Program-made: the position numbers and the translations under genes
From: Chitinophagales bacterium
Lineage (GTDB): Bacteria > Bacteroidota > Bacteroidia > Chitinophagales > Chitinophagaceae
Assembly: GCA_043758365.1 (NCBI GenBank)
Contig: JAYVNQ010000229.1
Coordinates: 339-64,338 of the forward strand
Direction of reading: 5' to 3'
DNA: 64,000 nucleotides
Shown here: one piece after another, positions 10,554 through 21,096 of the stretch
Layout of the letters: each line of letters begins with the position of its first letter
Position numbering within the stretch: the first letter of the stretch is position 1
The notes under the pieces: model-generated
Seen by the model: the letters and a program-made list of their open reading frames with translations, nothing else
Databases searched by the model: none
What the model was told of the DNA's origin: nothing

Positions 10554-10585
10554 ATTGAAACTACAAATTTACAAGCTTATTTTTT

Positions 10586-11602
10586 ATGGAGATAAATGAA
10601 GGGCAAATGCCTTTGCAAGAGCAACCGCCAATAACCACTTTTCAAGATTATATACCAAAGCCTTTACCACCGCAACCTATGAGTTATTTTGGGCAATTCG
10701 GACTGTTGATTGGAATGCTAGGTGGTGGGTTAATAGTAGCAGGTATTTTATCAGTTATAATTTTATTTGTAATGATGGGTGGTCATTTATCTGCATTATC
10801 AAGCACTGAAATTTTAAAGCCACAATATGCAAATGCTAATAAAGTATTACAGCTTGTAAGCACGGTTGCTCTATTTTTTCTACCCGCCTATTTCTTTGCA
10901 TTAATTGCTCACAAAAAGCCGTTGGCATATTTGGGATTCAATAAAAAAGTATCGGTACAACAAGTTGGCTTAGTAATTATTATAGCCTTCACGGGCTTGT
11001 TTTTAAGTGGTGCTTTGGCAGAAGTAAATGAGCTAATACCTATTTCAAAAGGGCTTCGGGCTTATTTTCAAAAGCTAGAGGATAATTATGCTGAGCAAAT
11101 GATGGCCATGGTGCAAATAAAATCGTTTGCCGATTACTTATTGGCATTGGTAATTATTGCATTAGCACCAGCCATAGTTGAGGAAGTATTTTTTAGAGGA
11201 ACTGTGCAACAATTATTTACCAATTGGTTTAAAAAACCTTGGCTAGCTATTTTAATTACTAGTGTTATTTTCAGTGCCATTCATGTTAGCTATTTTGGGT
11301 TTTTGCCAAGGGCAATGTTAGGTGCGGTCTTGGGCTTATTATTTTATTATAGTAAAAATATTTGGATGAATATTTTAGCCCATTTTTTAAATAATGGAAT
11401 AGCAGTTTCTCAGTTGTACTATTTATCTACTAAAGGTAAAATTGATAAAAAAGCATTGGATAGCATGGATGAACATTTTCCACTTTGGTTGGGTGCCATT
11501 GCTTTGGTAACAATGGTTGTGCTACTATATTTATTTAAAAAAGAAAGCGATAAAACATTGACACAAACAGCTATTGTTCATGCAACAAATATTTACCAAT
11601 AA
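10586..11602 (+). CDS. CPBP (Abi/CAAX) family intramembrane glutamic endopeptidase
   Basis: APAIVEEVFFRG, FSAIH and AHFLNN motifs; multiple TM segments. Confidence 0.92.
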   Translation: MEINEGQMPLQEQPPITTFQDYIPKPLPPQPMSYFGQFGLLIGMLGGGLIVAGILSVIILFVMMGGHLSALSSTEILKPQYANANKVLQLVSTVALFFLPAYFFALIAHKKPLAYLGFNKKVSVQQVGLVIIIAFTGLFLSGALAEVNELIPISKGLRAYFQKLEDNYAEQMMAMVQIKSFADYLLALVIIALAPAIVEEVFFRGTVQQLFTNWFKKPWLAILITSVIFSAIHVSYFGFLPRAMLGAVLGLLFYYSKNIWMNILAHFLNNGIAVSQLYYLSTKGKIDKKALDSMDEHFPLWLGAIALVTMVVLLYLFKKESDKTLTQTAIVHATNIYQ

Positions 11603-11808
11603 TGCAGCAATGGCACTTACTGTACAAAACCCGTAATTACGCTGAAGCAAGCATTGTACAAGGGATGTTAGAGCAAAATCAAATTCCAGTACAGCTAATG
11701 AATAAGCAAGATAGCAGCTACCTAAACTTTGGTGATATAGAAGTGTATGTGCCAGCAGGCTTTAAAGATGTTGCCAAAAGTTTGTTACAAAAAGCGTTAT
11801 TGAATTAG
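11602..11808 (+). CDS. DUF2007-like putative signal-transducing protein
   Basis: EASIVQGMLEQNQIP...NKQDSSY...IEVYV pattern; start overlaps the upstream stop. Confidence 0.75.
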   Translation: MQQWHLLYKTRNYAEASIVQGMLEQNQIPVQLMNKQDSSYLNFGDIEVYVPAGFKDVAKSLLQKALLN

Positions 11809-11894
11809 TTATGAATTATGAGTTATAAGTGATGGTTGCTTATAATTTACCTACGCTAATTAAACTCATAACCCATCATTCATAAATTATAACT
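11807..11894. repeat. Heptamer (TTATGAR) repeat hairpin
   Basis: TTATGAA-TTATGAG-TTATAAG on the left arm; complementary CTCATAA...TTCATAA...TTATAACT on the right arm. Confidence 0.65.
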
Positions 11895-11902
11895 TTTAGA
11901 AA

Positions 11903-12790
11903 ATGCCTTTCAATTTTAATACTTTCAAAACCCGTGCCTTAACAGCTATCATATTTGTACTGGTAATGTTGGCTGGCTTGTTATATAACCATTGGAGTTT
12001 TTTTGCATTGTTTACTATTATACATTTTGGCTGTTGGATTGAATATCAAAAACTAGTGGCTTTAATTGACCCTGCTTACAAAACCATTTCATCTTTTCAT
12101 AGAAATACTGTGATGTTATTGGGCTTTAGTTTTATGCTATACATGACCAATGGTGCTTACAAAATTGGTCGTGTACCATTGAATGCTATTGGTTGGTATG
12201 GGCTTATGCTGGGCACTATTATTTTTTGTTTAAATGAAGTAGTGTTAAAGAAGAATTTGAACCTTAAAATGATTGGCTACTCGGCATTTGGGCTTTTATA
12301 TATTTCACTAAGTTGGGGTTTAATGATGGGGCTAAGAGATGTAGAAAAATTTGGTATAAATGAAGGCGGTGACTATTTTAAAACAGATAGAGGTTGGCTG
12401 ATTCCTATAATTATTATTGCCTCAATTTGGATAAATGATACTATGCAATATTTGGTGGGTTCATTTATTGGCAAAACACCTTTTTCAAAAATATCGCCTA
12501 AAAAAACTTGGGAAGGAACTGTAGGCGGCTCATTGCTCTGTGTAATAGTAATGTCCTTAGCTGGCTATTTGTTTTGTCCAAGATTTACGTTTCAAATAGG
12601 TTGTATTGCTACTATTGCAGCTGTTTTGGGTACTCTTGGCGACTTACTTGAAAGTAAACTAAAACGTATGGCTGGTGTAAAAGATAGTGGACAAATCATG
12701 CCTGGCCATGGTGGTTTTTTAGACCGCTTTGATTCGTTGTTAGTAGCAACGCCTTTTGTATGGTTATTTGTAAAATTGGTGATGGGGTAA
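11903..12790 (+). CDS. cdsA: Phosphatidate cytidylyltransferase
   Basis: ISPKKTWEG and GDLLESKLKRMAGVKDSGQIMPGHGGFLDRFDS signature. Confidence 0.95.
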   Translation: MPFNFNTFKTRALTAIIFVLVMLAGLLYNHWSFFALFTIIHFGCWIEYQKLVALIDPAYKTISSFHRNTVMLLGFSFMLYMTNGAYKIGRVPLNAIGWYGLMLGTIIFCLNEVVLKKNLNLKMIGYSAFGLLYISLSWGLMMGLRDVEKFGINEGGDYFKTDRGWLIPIIIIASIWINDTMQYLVGSFIGKTPFSKISPKKTWEGTVGGSLLCVIVMSLAGYLFCPRFTFQIGCIATIAAVLGTLGDLLESKLKRMAGVKDSGQIMPGHGGFLDRFDSLLVATPFVWLFVKLVMG

Positions 12791-12927
12791 AATAACAAAT
12801 GCTTATAAACCTAATGGTAACACGTTTTGTCGAGGAAATAGGGAAATGATTAAATAAAATAAAGTTCTGCGTTTCTCGAAATGGCCTAAAAATACACGCT
12901 TAAATAAAAGCTGCCCAGCGATAAGAA

Positions 12928-12988
12928 TGTACAAGTGAGTGACACAACCGAAGCTAAATAGTATTACAAAGCTGGTAAATAAATATCT
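12928..12988 (+). repeat. Dispersed structured repeat, copy B
   Basis: TGTACAAGTGAGTGACACAACCGAAGCTAAATAGTATTACAAAGCTGGTAAATAAATATCT; its right end overlaps the TAG stop of the 12987-13496 gene. Confidence 0.85.
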
Positions 12989-13496
12989 ACACTAACTCTC
13001 TACCCTTCGCCGTTGTTTGATTGCGTTTGGTAACGGCGGCACCAATTAAAGAGCCAAGTGCACCCATAAAAAAGTTAATAATTACAGCGTTGATGATCAT
13101 CACAACGCCTGCTTGATCGTGACTGTACATAATGGAATTGCCAGTAGCTGATTGTGCGGCTAGTTCAACATCACTGGTCTTCATTTCGAAATAGCCATAT
13201 TTAATAGCTGCCAAAATAAATGTAAAAATTGCTGAAAAAATAACTGCAACAACTGTTGTTCTTAAGCCAATGAAAAAAAGACTTTTTATGCTGGCATGTT
13301 GGTTAGCTTCTACATTAAAAAACGCAATGCTTACAACAATGCTAATGAAGAATAAAAAGTTACCTAAATAGATTAACCAGATATTGCTGTTACCATCGCC
13401 TAATAAAAAATAAATGGTTGGTATCAAATACACCGCAGATGCAATAATTGCGTATAAAATATAAAAGCTTTTTAGTGGTGTATTATTAATATCCAT
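12987..13496 (-). CDS. Four-TM membrane protein (DUF4199-like)
   Basis: 169 aa with four hydrophobic segments; family assignment tentative. Confidence 0.6.
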   Translation of the reverse strand: MDINNTPLKSFYILYAIIASAVYLIPTIYFLLGDGNSNIWLIYLGNFLFFISIVVSIAFFNVEANQHASIKSLFFIGLRTTVVAVIFSAIFTFILAAIKYGYFEMKTSDVELAAQSATGNSIMYSHDQAGVVMIINAVIINFFMGALGSLIGAAVTKRNQTTAKGRELV

Positions 13497-13590
13497 GATT
13501 TTGATTTATAACCTAACAGTTACAAAACCAAGCCACAGATTATGAACAGATTTGAGTAGTATATTCCTCAATAAACGGCTGTAAAGTATT

Positions 13591-15906
13591 TTAAAACGGA
13601 TAGCCAATACCAATATTAAATACTAAATTTTCGCTACGCCAATTCTTATCCCACAAATCAACTTTTTGTAATACCCAACGTTGCCCCTCGGGTAGCCAAG
13701 GCTTAGCCAAAGGAAATGCCACATCTAAACGTATAATGAGAATACTTGCATCTACTCGTAAACCAACACCAGCATCTACAGCCAATTGCTTTAAAAAGCC
13801 TTTGGTAAGTTGGCCTGTTGGTGAATAAAGAATGGTGTCTTTAACCCACACGTTTCCTGCATCTAAAAATACAGCCCCTTTAAGCCTTGGTGCAATAACA
13901 GGAAAACGTATTTCAGAGTTTATTTCCAATTTATAATCTCCACCAACTTGTGGGTAGTTTAGTTGCTGAAATGCACTGGTTAGCGTTGTTCCAGGCCCAA
14001 TTCTTCGAGGGCTAAAGCCACGCAAACTGCTAGAGCCCCCAATAATAAATTGACGGGCAAAAGGTAAAAATTTTGAGTTCCCATAAGGTACACCAATACC
14101 AACAATAACACGGTTTGCCCAATATAAATCTTTACCCAATTTACGGCTATATCTAAAGTCAAAATCGGCCTTAACATATTGGGCATAATAAGCACCTAAT
14201 AAAGTTTTTGTGTACGCAGATTTAGCACCACCAACTGCGCCAATAATATTACCAGCAGCTTCAAAATTAGCGTTGAAGTAAAAAATATTATTTGCATTTG
14301 GGTAAGTAGTGGAAGTTAAAAAATTATAGAAACTGCTACTGATAATTTCAGGCAGATTACTTAAACGTAAAATCTCATTGGTGCCAACCTGTGCCAAATA
14401 TTCTGGCGAAAAAGATGAGGTTTTGGTATAAGTAATACTAAGCGGTGCAATAGTATGTTCAATATTTATTTTACTTTTCCAGTTAACCTCATACTGAAAA
14501 CGTGAGAAGTTTTTAGTGTATAATTGCTGACGCCTAAACCACTCGTAACCCAACGTAAACCTAGTTCGTGGTGGAAATAAATTTTTATCTTTTATTTTAA
14601 AGGGCACAAAAAAACGTGGTATTACCAAACTTAATTCTGCACCAAGTCGGTAGTTATTATTATCTTTTAATGAATCGATGGATGCTGTTTCGTAGCTCAC
14701 GTAAGTTTTTACATTAAACGATTCTGCACCATGAAAAATATTACGGTTTAGCCAATTAACATTCAATTGCCCACCAACATAAGAATTAGATTTCCCAAAC
14801 GTTCCAATCTCTGCTTGAATGGTTTTCTTTTTTTGTGGAGTGAGATAATAGTAACCATTTAGGCCGTTATTGGCACTGTTTAATTGCTGTAATGTATCGC
14901 TAATGGTTGCTGCTTCGAACCTGTTTTTTACAAACTTAAAAGCCCCTAAATTAATAAAGCGGTTTAAGGTTTTATTTTGCTCGGTTAATGAGTAAATATT
15001 ACCTGGCCTGTAAGTAATAGCCTTAGTAAAAACAAAGGGTTTAAACTTGTGCACAGTATCTCGAATATAAATGCTATCGTATCTTTTTAAATTGGCTAAA
15101 GATGTGTCTGGTGCTGGTTTTAATAAGGTATAGTTAGGAAAAACGACAATGTTATTTATGGTATAAACTCGCTTTACTTTTTCGGGTGTACCAGCTTTTA
15201 AACTCATATAAATATTAGCCTTGTAATCTTTTGATGAGGTATCAACATAGGCAATAATGTAGTCAGGATTAAAATAGTAATACCCTTTATTTTTTAATAG
15301 TAAATCAACCCGGTTACGTTCTGTTTTTATATCGTTTAATGTTATTCTTTGGGTAGGGATTAATAATGTTTTATTTTTTAAATCTGCTAAAATATCAGTT
15401 AATAATTTACTACTATCAATCTTCCAATTAACGGTGTTGATAGTATATGGATGGGCTACTGTAACCTTATATTTTGCGGTAAGTTTATACCCTTTAATAG
15501 AGGTATCGCCAGTGGCTTTACTACGGTAATATCCTTCATTTTCCAAGTAGCCTTTCATGTTTTCAGCATTAAGTTTTGTTTTCACGGTAGTGCCAAACAC
15601 CGGTGGTTCTCCAAACTTTTCACGGAGCCAATGCTTAAAGCCAGTTTGCTTTTTAGTTTCACCAATTGCATACCAAAACCACACTTTATAAGGCCATCCT
15701 AATATCATTTTATTTTTATTAGGAAGCGTAATTTTTTCCATTTGCTTCCGTATGCTTTTGGTACTTACTTTAAAGCCACTATCCTGCGTTACAGTTACTT
15801 TGCTGCCGTTGTACAACGTTTCGTTGGCGGGCATTTTTTTGCGTACACTACATGATGATATAATGATACTTACTATAAAAAAAATATAGATAATTACTTG
15901 TCTCAT
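13591..15906 (-). CDS. Omp85 family translocation and assembly module lipoprotein (TamA/TamL-like)
   Basis: Lipobox ISSC, POTRA-like region, GGSSSLRGF and C-terminal NIGIGYPF; start overlaps the tamB stop. Confidence 0.88.
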   Translation of the reverse strand: MRQVIIYIFFIVSIIISSCSVRKKMPANETLYNGSKVTVTQDSGFKVSTKSIRKQMEKITLPNKNKMILGWPYKVWFWYAIGETKKQTGFKHWLREKFGEPPVFGTTVKTKLNAENMKGYLENEGYYRSKATGDTSIKGYKLTAKYKVTVAHPYTINTVNWKIDSSKLLTDILADLKNKTLLIPTQRITLNDIKTERNRVDLLLKNKGYYYFNPDYIIAYVDTSSKDYKANIYMSLKAGTPEKVKRVYTINNIVVFPNYTLLKPAPDTSLANLKRYDSIYIRDTVHKFKPFVFTKAITYRPGNIYSLTEQNKTLNRFINLGAFKFVKNRFEAATISDTLQQLNSANNGLNGYYYLTPQKKKTIQAEIGTFGKSNSYVGGQLNVNWLNRNIFHGAESFNVKTYVSYETASIDSLKDNNNYRLGAELSLVIPRFFVPFKIKDKNLFPPRTRFTLGYEWFRRQQLYTKNFSRFQYEVNWKSKINIEHTIAPLSITYTKTSSFSPEYLAQVGTNEILRLSNLPEIISSSFYNFLTSTTYPNANNIFYFNANFEAAGNIIGAVGGAKSAYTKTLLGAYYAQYVKADFDFRYSRKLGKDLYWANRVIVGIGVPYGNSKFLPFARQFIIGGSSSLRGFSPRRIGPGTTLTSAFQQLNYPQVGGDYKLEINSEIRFPVIAPRLKGAVFLDAGNVWVKDTILYSPTGQLTKGFLKQLAVDAGVGLRVDASILIIRLDVAFPLAKPWLPEGQRWVLQKVDLWDKNWRSENLVFNIGIGYPF

Positions 15907-18900
15907 TTGTTCTTTTTCTTAGGAGTCTTCGGCTCGCCTTTTTGAAATAGTTCTTTAAGTTTTTCGTAGTTCATTGTTAGTGAAAATGCCACGCCTGTTT
16001 CAGTAAAATAGCCATCTAAAATAGCTTCATATTGGTTTTTGCGATACGCCTTTAAGGCATATTTACCATCCTTAGATAATTTGTAAGTAGTGCTAATATC
16101 TGGTAGAAATTGTAAGTTACTGTTGTTCTGTGTTTTTGCTAATGGATCATCGCCATCAATAGTGAAACTCTTGCCCACAGTAACTACCAACCTATCGTTT
16201 AATAATTGTTTGGATAATTCAACATTCAAATCGGTACGTGCGGCACTATTAGTTGCGGCATCGCCTTGGTAGTTTTTTAAATCAAGATTAATGTCAACAC
16301 CTTTAATTAAATCAGAAGCAATTTGGTTAACGGCTTCAGCTAAAAATTTGCTCACACTTTGCTTAACGGCATCGTTGGTAGATGTGCCACCGCTGCTGCT
16401 TGATGCAAAAAAATCACTGCTTCTATCTCCTATAAACCTACCTAAAATTAATAAGGCAAATACTTGCTTATTCATTTCAGAAACATCGTTGCGGTACTGT
16501 GCTAATTTATTATCAATGGTTGTACCAAGTACAGTATTTACTCCATCTGCATTATCCTTAACTTTTATATCAAAACTTAAATCTGGCTTGGTTAGCGGGC
16601 CTTTAATTTTTAGTATTACATCAAATGGTACTTTCTTACTGTAAGCTGTACCAAGCGATGAACCAGTCTCTGTAATCTCATTACCTAATAGCTCTTTTGG
16701 CGATGTTTCAACTTCATAAATGGCAGAAATATCTGCTTGAGCTTCTAGTGGATTACCACTAAAAGTAATGGTGCTACCTTCTACCAAATCAAACTTCTTT
16801 TTGATGAATTGATAAGATAAATTATACGACCCCTCCTTTAATTGATACACGCCTGATAAGCCAATAATGCCGTTTTCATCAACACCTGCATTTAACTGAG
16901 CCTTGCCTTTTATAGCTAGTTCATCACCTGTTGAAGGATCAATTAATATGGTAACATTTGCATCTTCTTTTACCTCTAAATTCAAATTGTATTTTAACCC
17001 AGTATATTTTAAAACAATAGCGGTGTCGGCAGCACTTGTAAAAATGATGTTTCTTTTATTGAACGATTTTATAGTATCAATATCAATAAACTTAACTACT
17101 TGTTTTAAGTCATCTTTATAATTATTTTTTGCTGGTAATACATAGTGTACATCACTTTTATTATTTAGGGTTACATTACCTGAAATGTCGGGTGTTGTTG
17201 ATGTTCCGCCTATTACCATCGCAGCATCAACAATGCCAACACCATAAATTAAAGCGTTTGGCGTACGTGGTTGGTTAACTGCTACAAAATTTGTTGTATT
17301 CACATTTAGGTTTAAGCCAAAGTCTTTATCTGACTGGCTTTTTATCGTGCCATCTATTACCAATTTATTATCTAAACTATCAGTGATTGTAAAATCGTAC
17401 AACCCAATATTGGGGTATTCAAAATCAATTTTTTGATTGTTTATTTTATAAAGAGAACCGAACATAGCAGTTGCCAATTGTGCGGTATCAAAAGTTAGTT
17501 CGCCTTTCCAGCGTGGGTCGCTAATTGTACCATTTACAAACACATTGCCATGCAAATTACCACTAGTTCGCGTTATTGTTCCCTGCGAAAATGCTTCAAC
17601 AGCTTTAAGGTTTAACTGTTGAATTTCCGTGCTTATACTGAATGTATTATCGTTGGTATTGTAGCCACCATCAAGGGTTAAATTATTTGGCCCAGTAATA
17701 CCGCCTTTTACAGTAATATTCTGGTTACTATTAATCTCGGTTTTAACCACTAAATCGCCAATTGGCACTTTTTTAAATGTTAGTTGTTGAATACCTGCCA
17801 TACCAACCACTTGCGGTAAACCAGTTATGGGTTGGTTAATTAAGGCATCAACATATACAATACCGCCAGCAATGGTGCTATCTTGATCTGCAATGGCCAA
17901 CACATCACCTAAATTAAAATTTTCTACTTTAAATACAATTGGCGAAGCGGTTGTAGCTTCTTTATTGTTAATGAGTATGGATTGTTTGTTTTTATTAATA
18001 GCAAAATTAGTAACGATGTAGCCGCCTTTTTTTATCTCAATCAAGTTATCTTTTGCTACATTCCATTTGTCGTAATTCAGCAACAGACTATCCGATAAAT
18101 GTATATTGGTGCCATCTTTTAAAAGTTCAATAATGCTACTGATAGCATAAAATTCTTTCTGTTTTGCATCTTCAGTTTTAACCGTAACTTTTACTTTGTT
18201 ATCAGCAAAACCACCAACCATTCCTGCTTTATAAAACTTCGTTCCACCGGTAACAATATAGTTTGTCCCAAGGTTAAAATTCAACGTGCTATCAAGCCCA
18301 TTTGCAGATAGATTAATTTTATCAACCTCGGTTGTTTTATAAACAATTGATGGGATATTGGCAGCTACAACAAGCGATGTATCCTTTTGGGTATTATCGA
18401 AAGCTGCACGTATAATGGCTGACTTTTCCATTAGCAAACCTGGTACTAATTCTTTAATAATCGCATCTTGTGTAATGGTTGCATTCAACACCATTTGCTG
18501 GTCAACTACTTTTAAAGTATCAGTGTTTTGTTTAAAGTAATTGTGTTGGATGAATGCGTTAATGGCGGTTGGTAAGTGTTCGTAATCGTATTTACCAATC
18601 ATATTGGCTTGGGTAAAGGGTGCAGTTACAAATAACTTGGTAGAATCGTTTGCTGCATTGGCTTTTATCGAAATACTATCAGCATATAAACGTTTGCCAT
18701 TGTAAGTAACCACATTACTATCAAGCAACAAAATAGCATTCAAATTTTTTGGAGAAAGGTCTGCAGCATCAACAAAAATTGTTGACCGGATGATGATGCT
18801 ATCTTTTGTAAAATTCAGTTTTGTTAGGTCGGCTTTATCAACTACAACTGTTCCCTTTACGGTAGGATATTTGTTGCTAATAGTACCTGCCAAATCAATA

Positions 18901-20942
18901 TTGCTTATCAAATTGGCATCATTTATTTTACCTTTTGCAGTAAATGCACCTTTATTTAAAACAGCATTAATATTTACATTAGTATAGTTGTAACCCTTAA
19001 CCACAAAGCTTTTTATGGCGGTGTTGGTTTGTATAGTTGCTCGTTTATAATCTGTACCAATGCCTTTTATTTTTATGTTACCAGTAAATAAACCAAGTAA
19101 ACTATCTTGATAAATCCATTTGCCAGTTTGTAAATTATTACCTGTAACATCCAAATTGTACTGCATGTTTTTTACCTTGGTAAAGTTGCTAACAGTACCA
19201 ACAATTTTAGCTAAGCCAAATGGTGATTTGATATTAATATTTGATTTTACATCATTTAAGCCGCCAGCAATTGTACCGTTTACCAACATACTTGCAGGCA
19301 AATTAAATTTCTGATTTTGTACTTGTTGCCGCATGTTGGCAGATAAAATATTTTTATCAACGTACAGTTTATTTACTATTACATCGTAGCGTAATGTCTT
19401 AGTGTTTAATACGTTTTTTGCTTTGCCTTTTGCGTTTAATTGTAGTTTGCCATCATCGGTTTTTACATCCATCATCGCAATGTCTAAATCCTGCAAAGTG
19501 CCATCTGCCTTGCCATTGAATAATATTTTTTGTGTAGGTTTTAAATCTATTGGCGACTTACGTTTATAAGAGGGAAAGAAGAACAATAAGTCGTTATAAC
19601 CTAAATAAGACTTACTAATATTGATGCTTACTTTACTATTATTGGTAAGTAAATCAGTTGTCTTTGTTTTATTAAAAACAACGTCGCCATCTGCACCAAT
19701 CAATGAATTTTGGGTAGCCACCAAAAAGCTTTTTAGGCTTACTCTTTTATCGTCTAAAGCCATATCACCTTTTATATTTTTCACTAAAAAATTATTGGCT
19801 ACAACTGACCCACTTAAAATATTGGCCGCTATGGTATCAATGTTATAATGTACTGTATTTGTTTGTAGCGAAATACCATTTAATTTAAGATGGTTATAGT
19901 CAAAACCTTCTTTTGTGGCCGTAAAAGCATTGTTATCAACAGCTACATTATCCTTATTTAAATGGATGGCATCAACCTTAATATTCCAACCTTGTTTTGT
20001 TGCAATTTCTACCACTTTTGCTATGGTATCTTTTGCATTTACGCTCGGGTCGTTTGTTACTACTGCAAATGCTGAATTATTGAGTGTGATTGCTTTTGCG
20101 GTAAAAGTCTGCTGCAATAAAAGCAACTTTGCATCTTGTAATTGTAGTGTATCAACCAAGTTATAATAATCTAGTTTACTTGAGATATTTGCGTAGCTAA
20201 CTTTTAATTTTTGTATATCAATATTGCCAACGGCTAAGTTAAATGGTGATGATTTTGTAGATGTTTCAGCTACGGTAGCTTTAGCATTTTTGCTACTCTT
20301 ATCAATTAGTGTGACAGTACTATTTTTTAAAATAAAATCACTAATAGTGTAGTTCATTTTATCAACATCAATACTGCCAATACGGCTGCGCAAATTGCCA
20401 ATAAAAGCATTGCAAAAAAATTGCTTTAGTCCATCGTTATATTTGAATGTAACAGAGTCAACTACCAATCTATCAAGGGATAATTGAGTTGCCTTTTTTT
20501 GTGCTGTTGTGTTTTTAGTTTTGCTTGCAAACGCATTAACTATGTACTTAAAATTAAAAGCACTATCTGTGGCTTTGCGGTTGATAGTGGCCTGTACATT
20601 TTTAAGATGCACTTCATTAATGGCAATGTTGCCACTGATGAGTTTCAACATATCCACGTTGAGGTATAAACTTTTGCCTTTGAGTAAAGTATCTTTTTGC
20701 TGGTCAATAAATAGCACATCGTCCAATTCAATCCAATTCGGGATACTATAATCGAGATTGCCAATTTTAACTTCAGTGCCAATTTTTTTAGATAAAAAAG
20801 CAACAGCTCTATTACGTACAAAATTTTTACCCGAAGACGTTTGTAACCATACAACTGATATGAGTATGAGGGCAAGTAGTGAGCCAATTACAATGCCTGT
20901 TATTCTGAGCCATTTGTATTTCTTAAGTGCCGATTGTACCAT
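15903..20942 (-). CDS. tamB: Translocation/assembly module TamB (AsmA-like) protein
   Basis: N-terminal TM anchor, long beta-rich body and C-terminal DUF490-like region (NKQVFALLILGRF, LLNDRLVVTVG). Start at ATG 20942 because the upstream extension overlaps a terminator. Confidence 0.88.
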   Translation of the reverse strand: MVQSALKKYKWLRITGIVIGSLLALILISVVWLQTSSGKNFVRNRAVAFLSKKIGTEVKIGNLDYSIPNWIELDDVLFIDQQKDTLLKGKSLYLNVDMLKLISGNIAINEVHLKNVQATINRKATDSAFNFKYIVNAFASKTKNTTAQKKATQLSLDRLVVDSVTFKYNDGLKQFFCNAFIGNLRSRIGSIDVDKMNYTISDFILKNSTVTLIDKSSKNAKATVAETSTKSSPFNLAVGNIDIQKLKVSYANISSKLDYYNLVDTLQLQDAKLLLLQQTFTAKAITLNNSAFAVVTNDPSVNAKDTIAKVVEIATKQGWNIKVDAIHLNKDNVAVDNNAFTATKEGFDYNHLKLNGISLQTNTVHYNIDTIAANILSGSVVANNFLVKNIKGDMALDDKRVSLKSFLVATQNSLIGADGDVVFNKTKTTDLLTNNSKVSINISKSYLGYNDLLFFFPSYKRKSPIDLKPTQKILFNGKADGTLQDLDIAMMDVKTDDGKLQLNAKGKAKNVLNTKTLRYDVIVNKLYVDKNILSANMRQQVQNQKFNLPASMLVNGTIAGGLNDVKSNINIKSPFGLAKIVGTVSNFTKVKNMQYNLDVTGNNLQTGKWIYQDSLLGLFTGNIKIKGIGTDYKRATIQTNTAIKSFVVKGYNYTNVNINAVLNKGAFTAKGKINDANLISNIDLAGTISNKYPTVKGTVVVDKADLTKLNFTKDSIIIRSTIFVDAADLSPKNLNAILLLDSNVVTYNGKRLYADSISIKANAANDSTKLFVTAPFTQANMIGKYDYEHLPTAINAFIQHNYFKQNTDTLKVVDQQMVLNATITQDAIIKELVPGLLMEKSAIIRAAFDNTQKDTSLVVAANIPSIVYKTTEVDKINLSANGLDSTLNFNLGTNYIVTGGTKFYKAGMVGGFADNKVKVTVKTEDAKQKEFYAISSIIELLKDGTNIHLSDSLLLNYDKWNVAKDNLIEIKKGGYIVTNFAINKNKQSILINNKEATTASPIVFKVENFNLGDVLAIADQDSTIAGGIVYVDALINQPITGLPQVVGMAGIQQLTFKKVPIGDLVVKTEINSNQNITVKGGITGPNNLTLDGGYNTNDNTFSISTEIQQLNLKAVEAFSQGTITRTSGNLHGNVFVNGTISDPRWKGELTFDTAQLATAMFGSLYKINNQKIDFEYPNIGLYDFTITDSLDNKLVIDGTIKSQSDKDFGLNLNVNTTNFVAVNQPRTPNALIYGVGIVDAAMVIGGTSTTPDISGNVTLNNKSDVHYVLPAKNNYKDDLKQVVKFIDIDTIKSFNKRNIIFTSAADTAIVLKYTGLKYNLNLEVKEDANVTILIDPSTGDELAIKGKAQLNAGVDENGIIGLSGVYQLKEGSYNLSYQFIKKKFDLVEGSTITFSGNPLEAQADISAIYEVETSPKELLGNEITETGSSLGTAYSKKVPFDVILKIKGPLTKPDLSFDIKVKDNADGVNTVLGTTIDNKLAQYRNDVSEMNKQVFALLILGRFIGDRSSDFFASSSSGGTSTNDAVKQSVSKFLAEAVNQIASDLIKGVDINLDLKNYQGDAATNSAARTDLNVELSKQLLNDRLVVTVGKSFTIDGDDPLAKTQNNSNLQFLPDISTTYKLSKDGKYALKAYRKNQYEAILDGYFTETGVAFSLTMNYEKLKELFQKGEPKTPKKKNK

Positions 20943-20953
20943 AATAATATTGT

Positions 20954-21001
20954 AAAAAAAGAAGCCTTCTCGGAAAACCACATTTGAGGTTGAGAGAAGG
21001 C
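20954..21001 (-). terminator. Intrinsic terminator after the iron permease gene
   Basis: GCCTTCTC...GAGAAGGC stem followed by TTCTTTTTTT on the minus strand. Confidence 0.55.
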
Positions 21002-21096
21002 AACTATCATTCGATAAAAATTTTATTCCTTTATTATCAATTTAAAATGGGCTTAGTAAATGAATAAATGGGCAATTTATTCTACACTTACGCTAG

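Noticed and set aside
16090-20955. Many short plus-strand ORFs within tamB
   Set aside because: Antisense shadow frames of a long coding gene.
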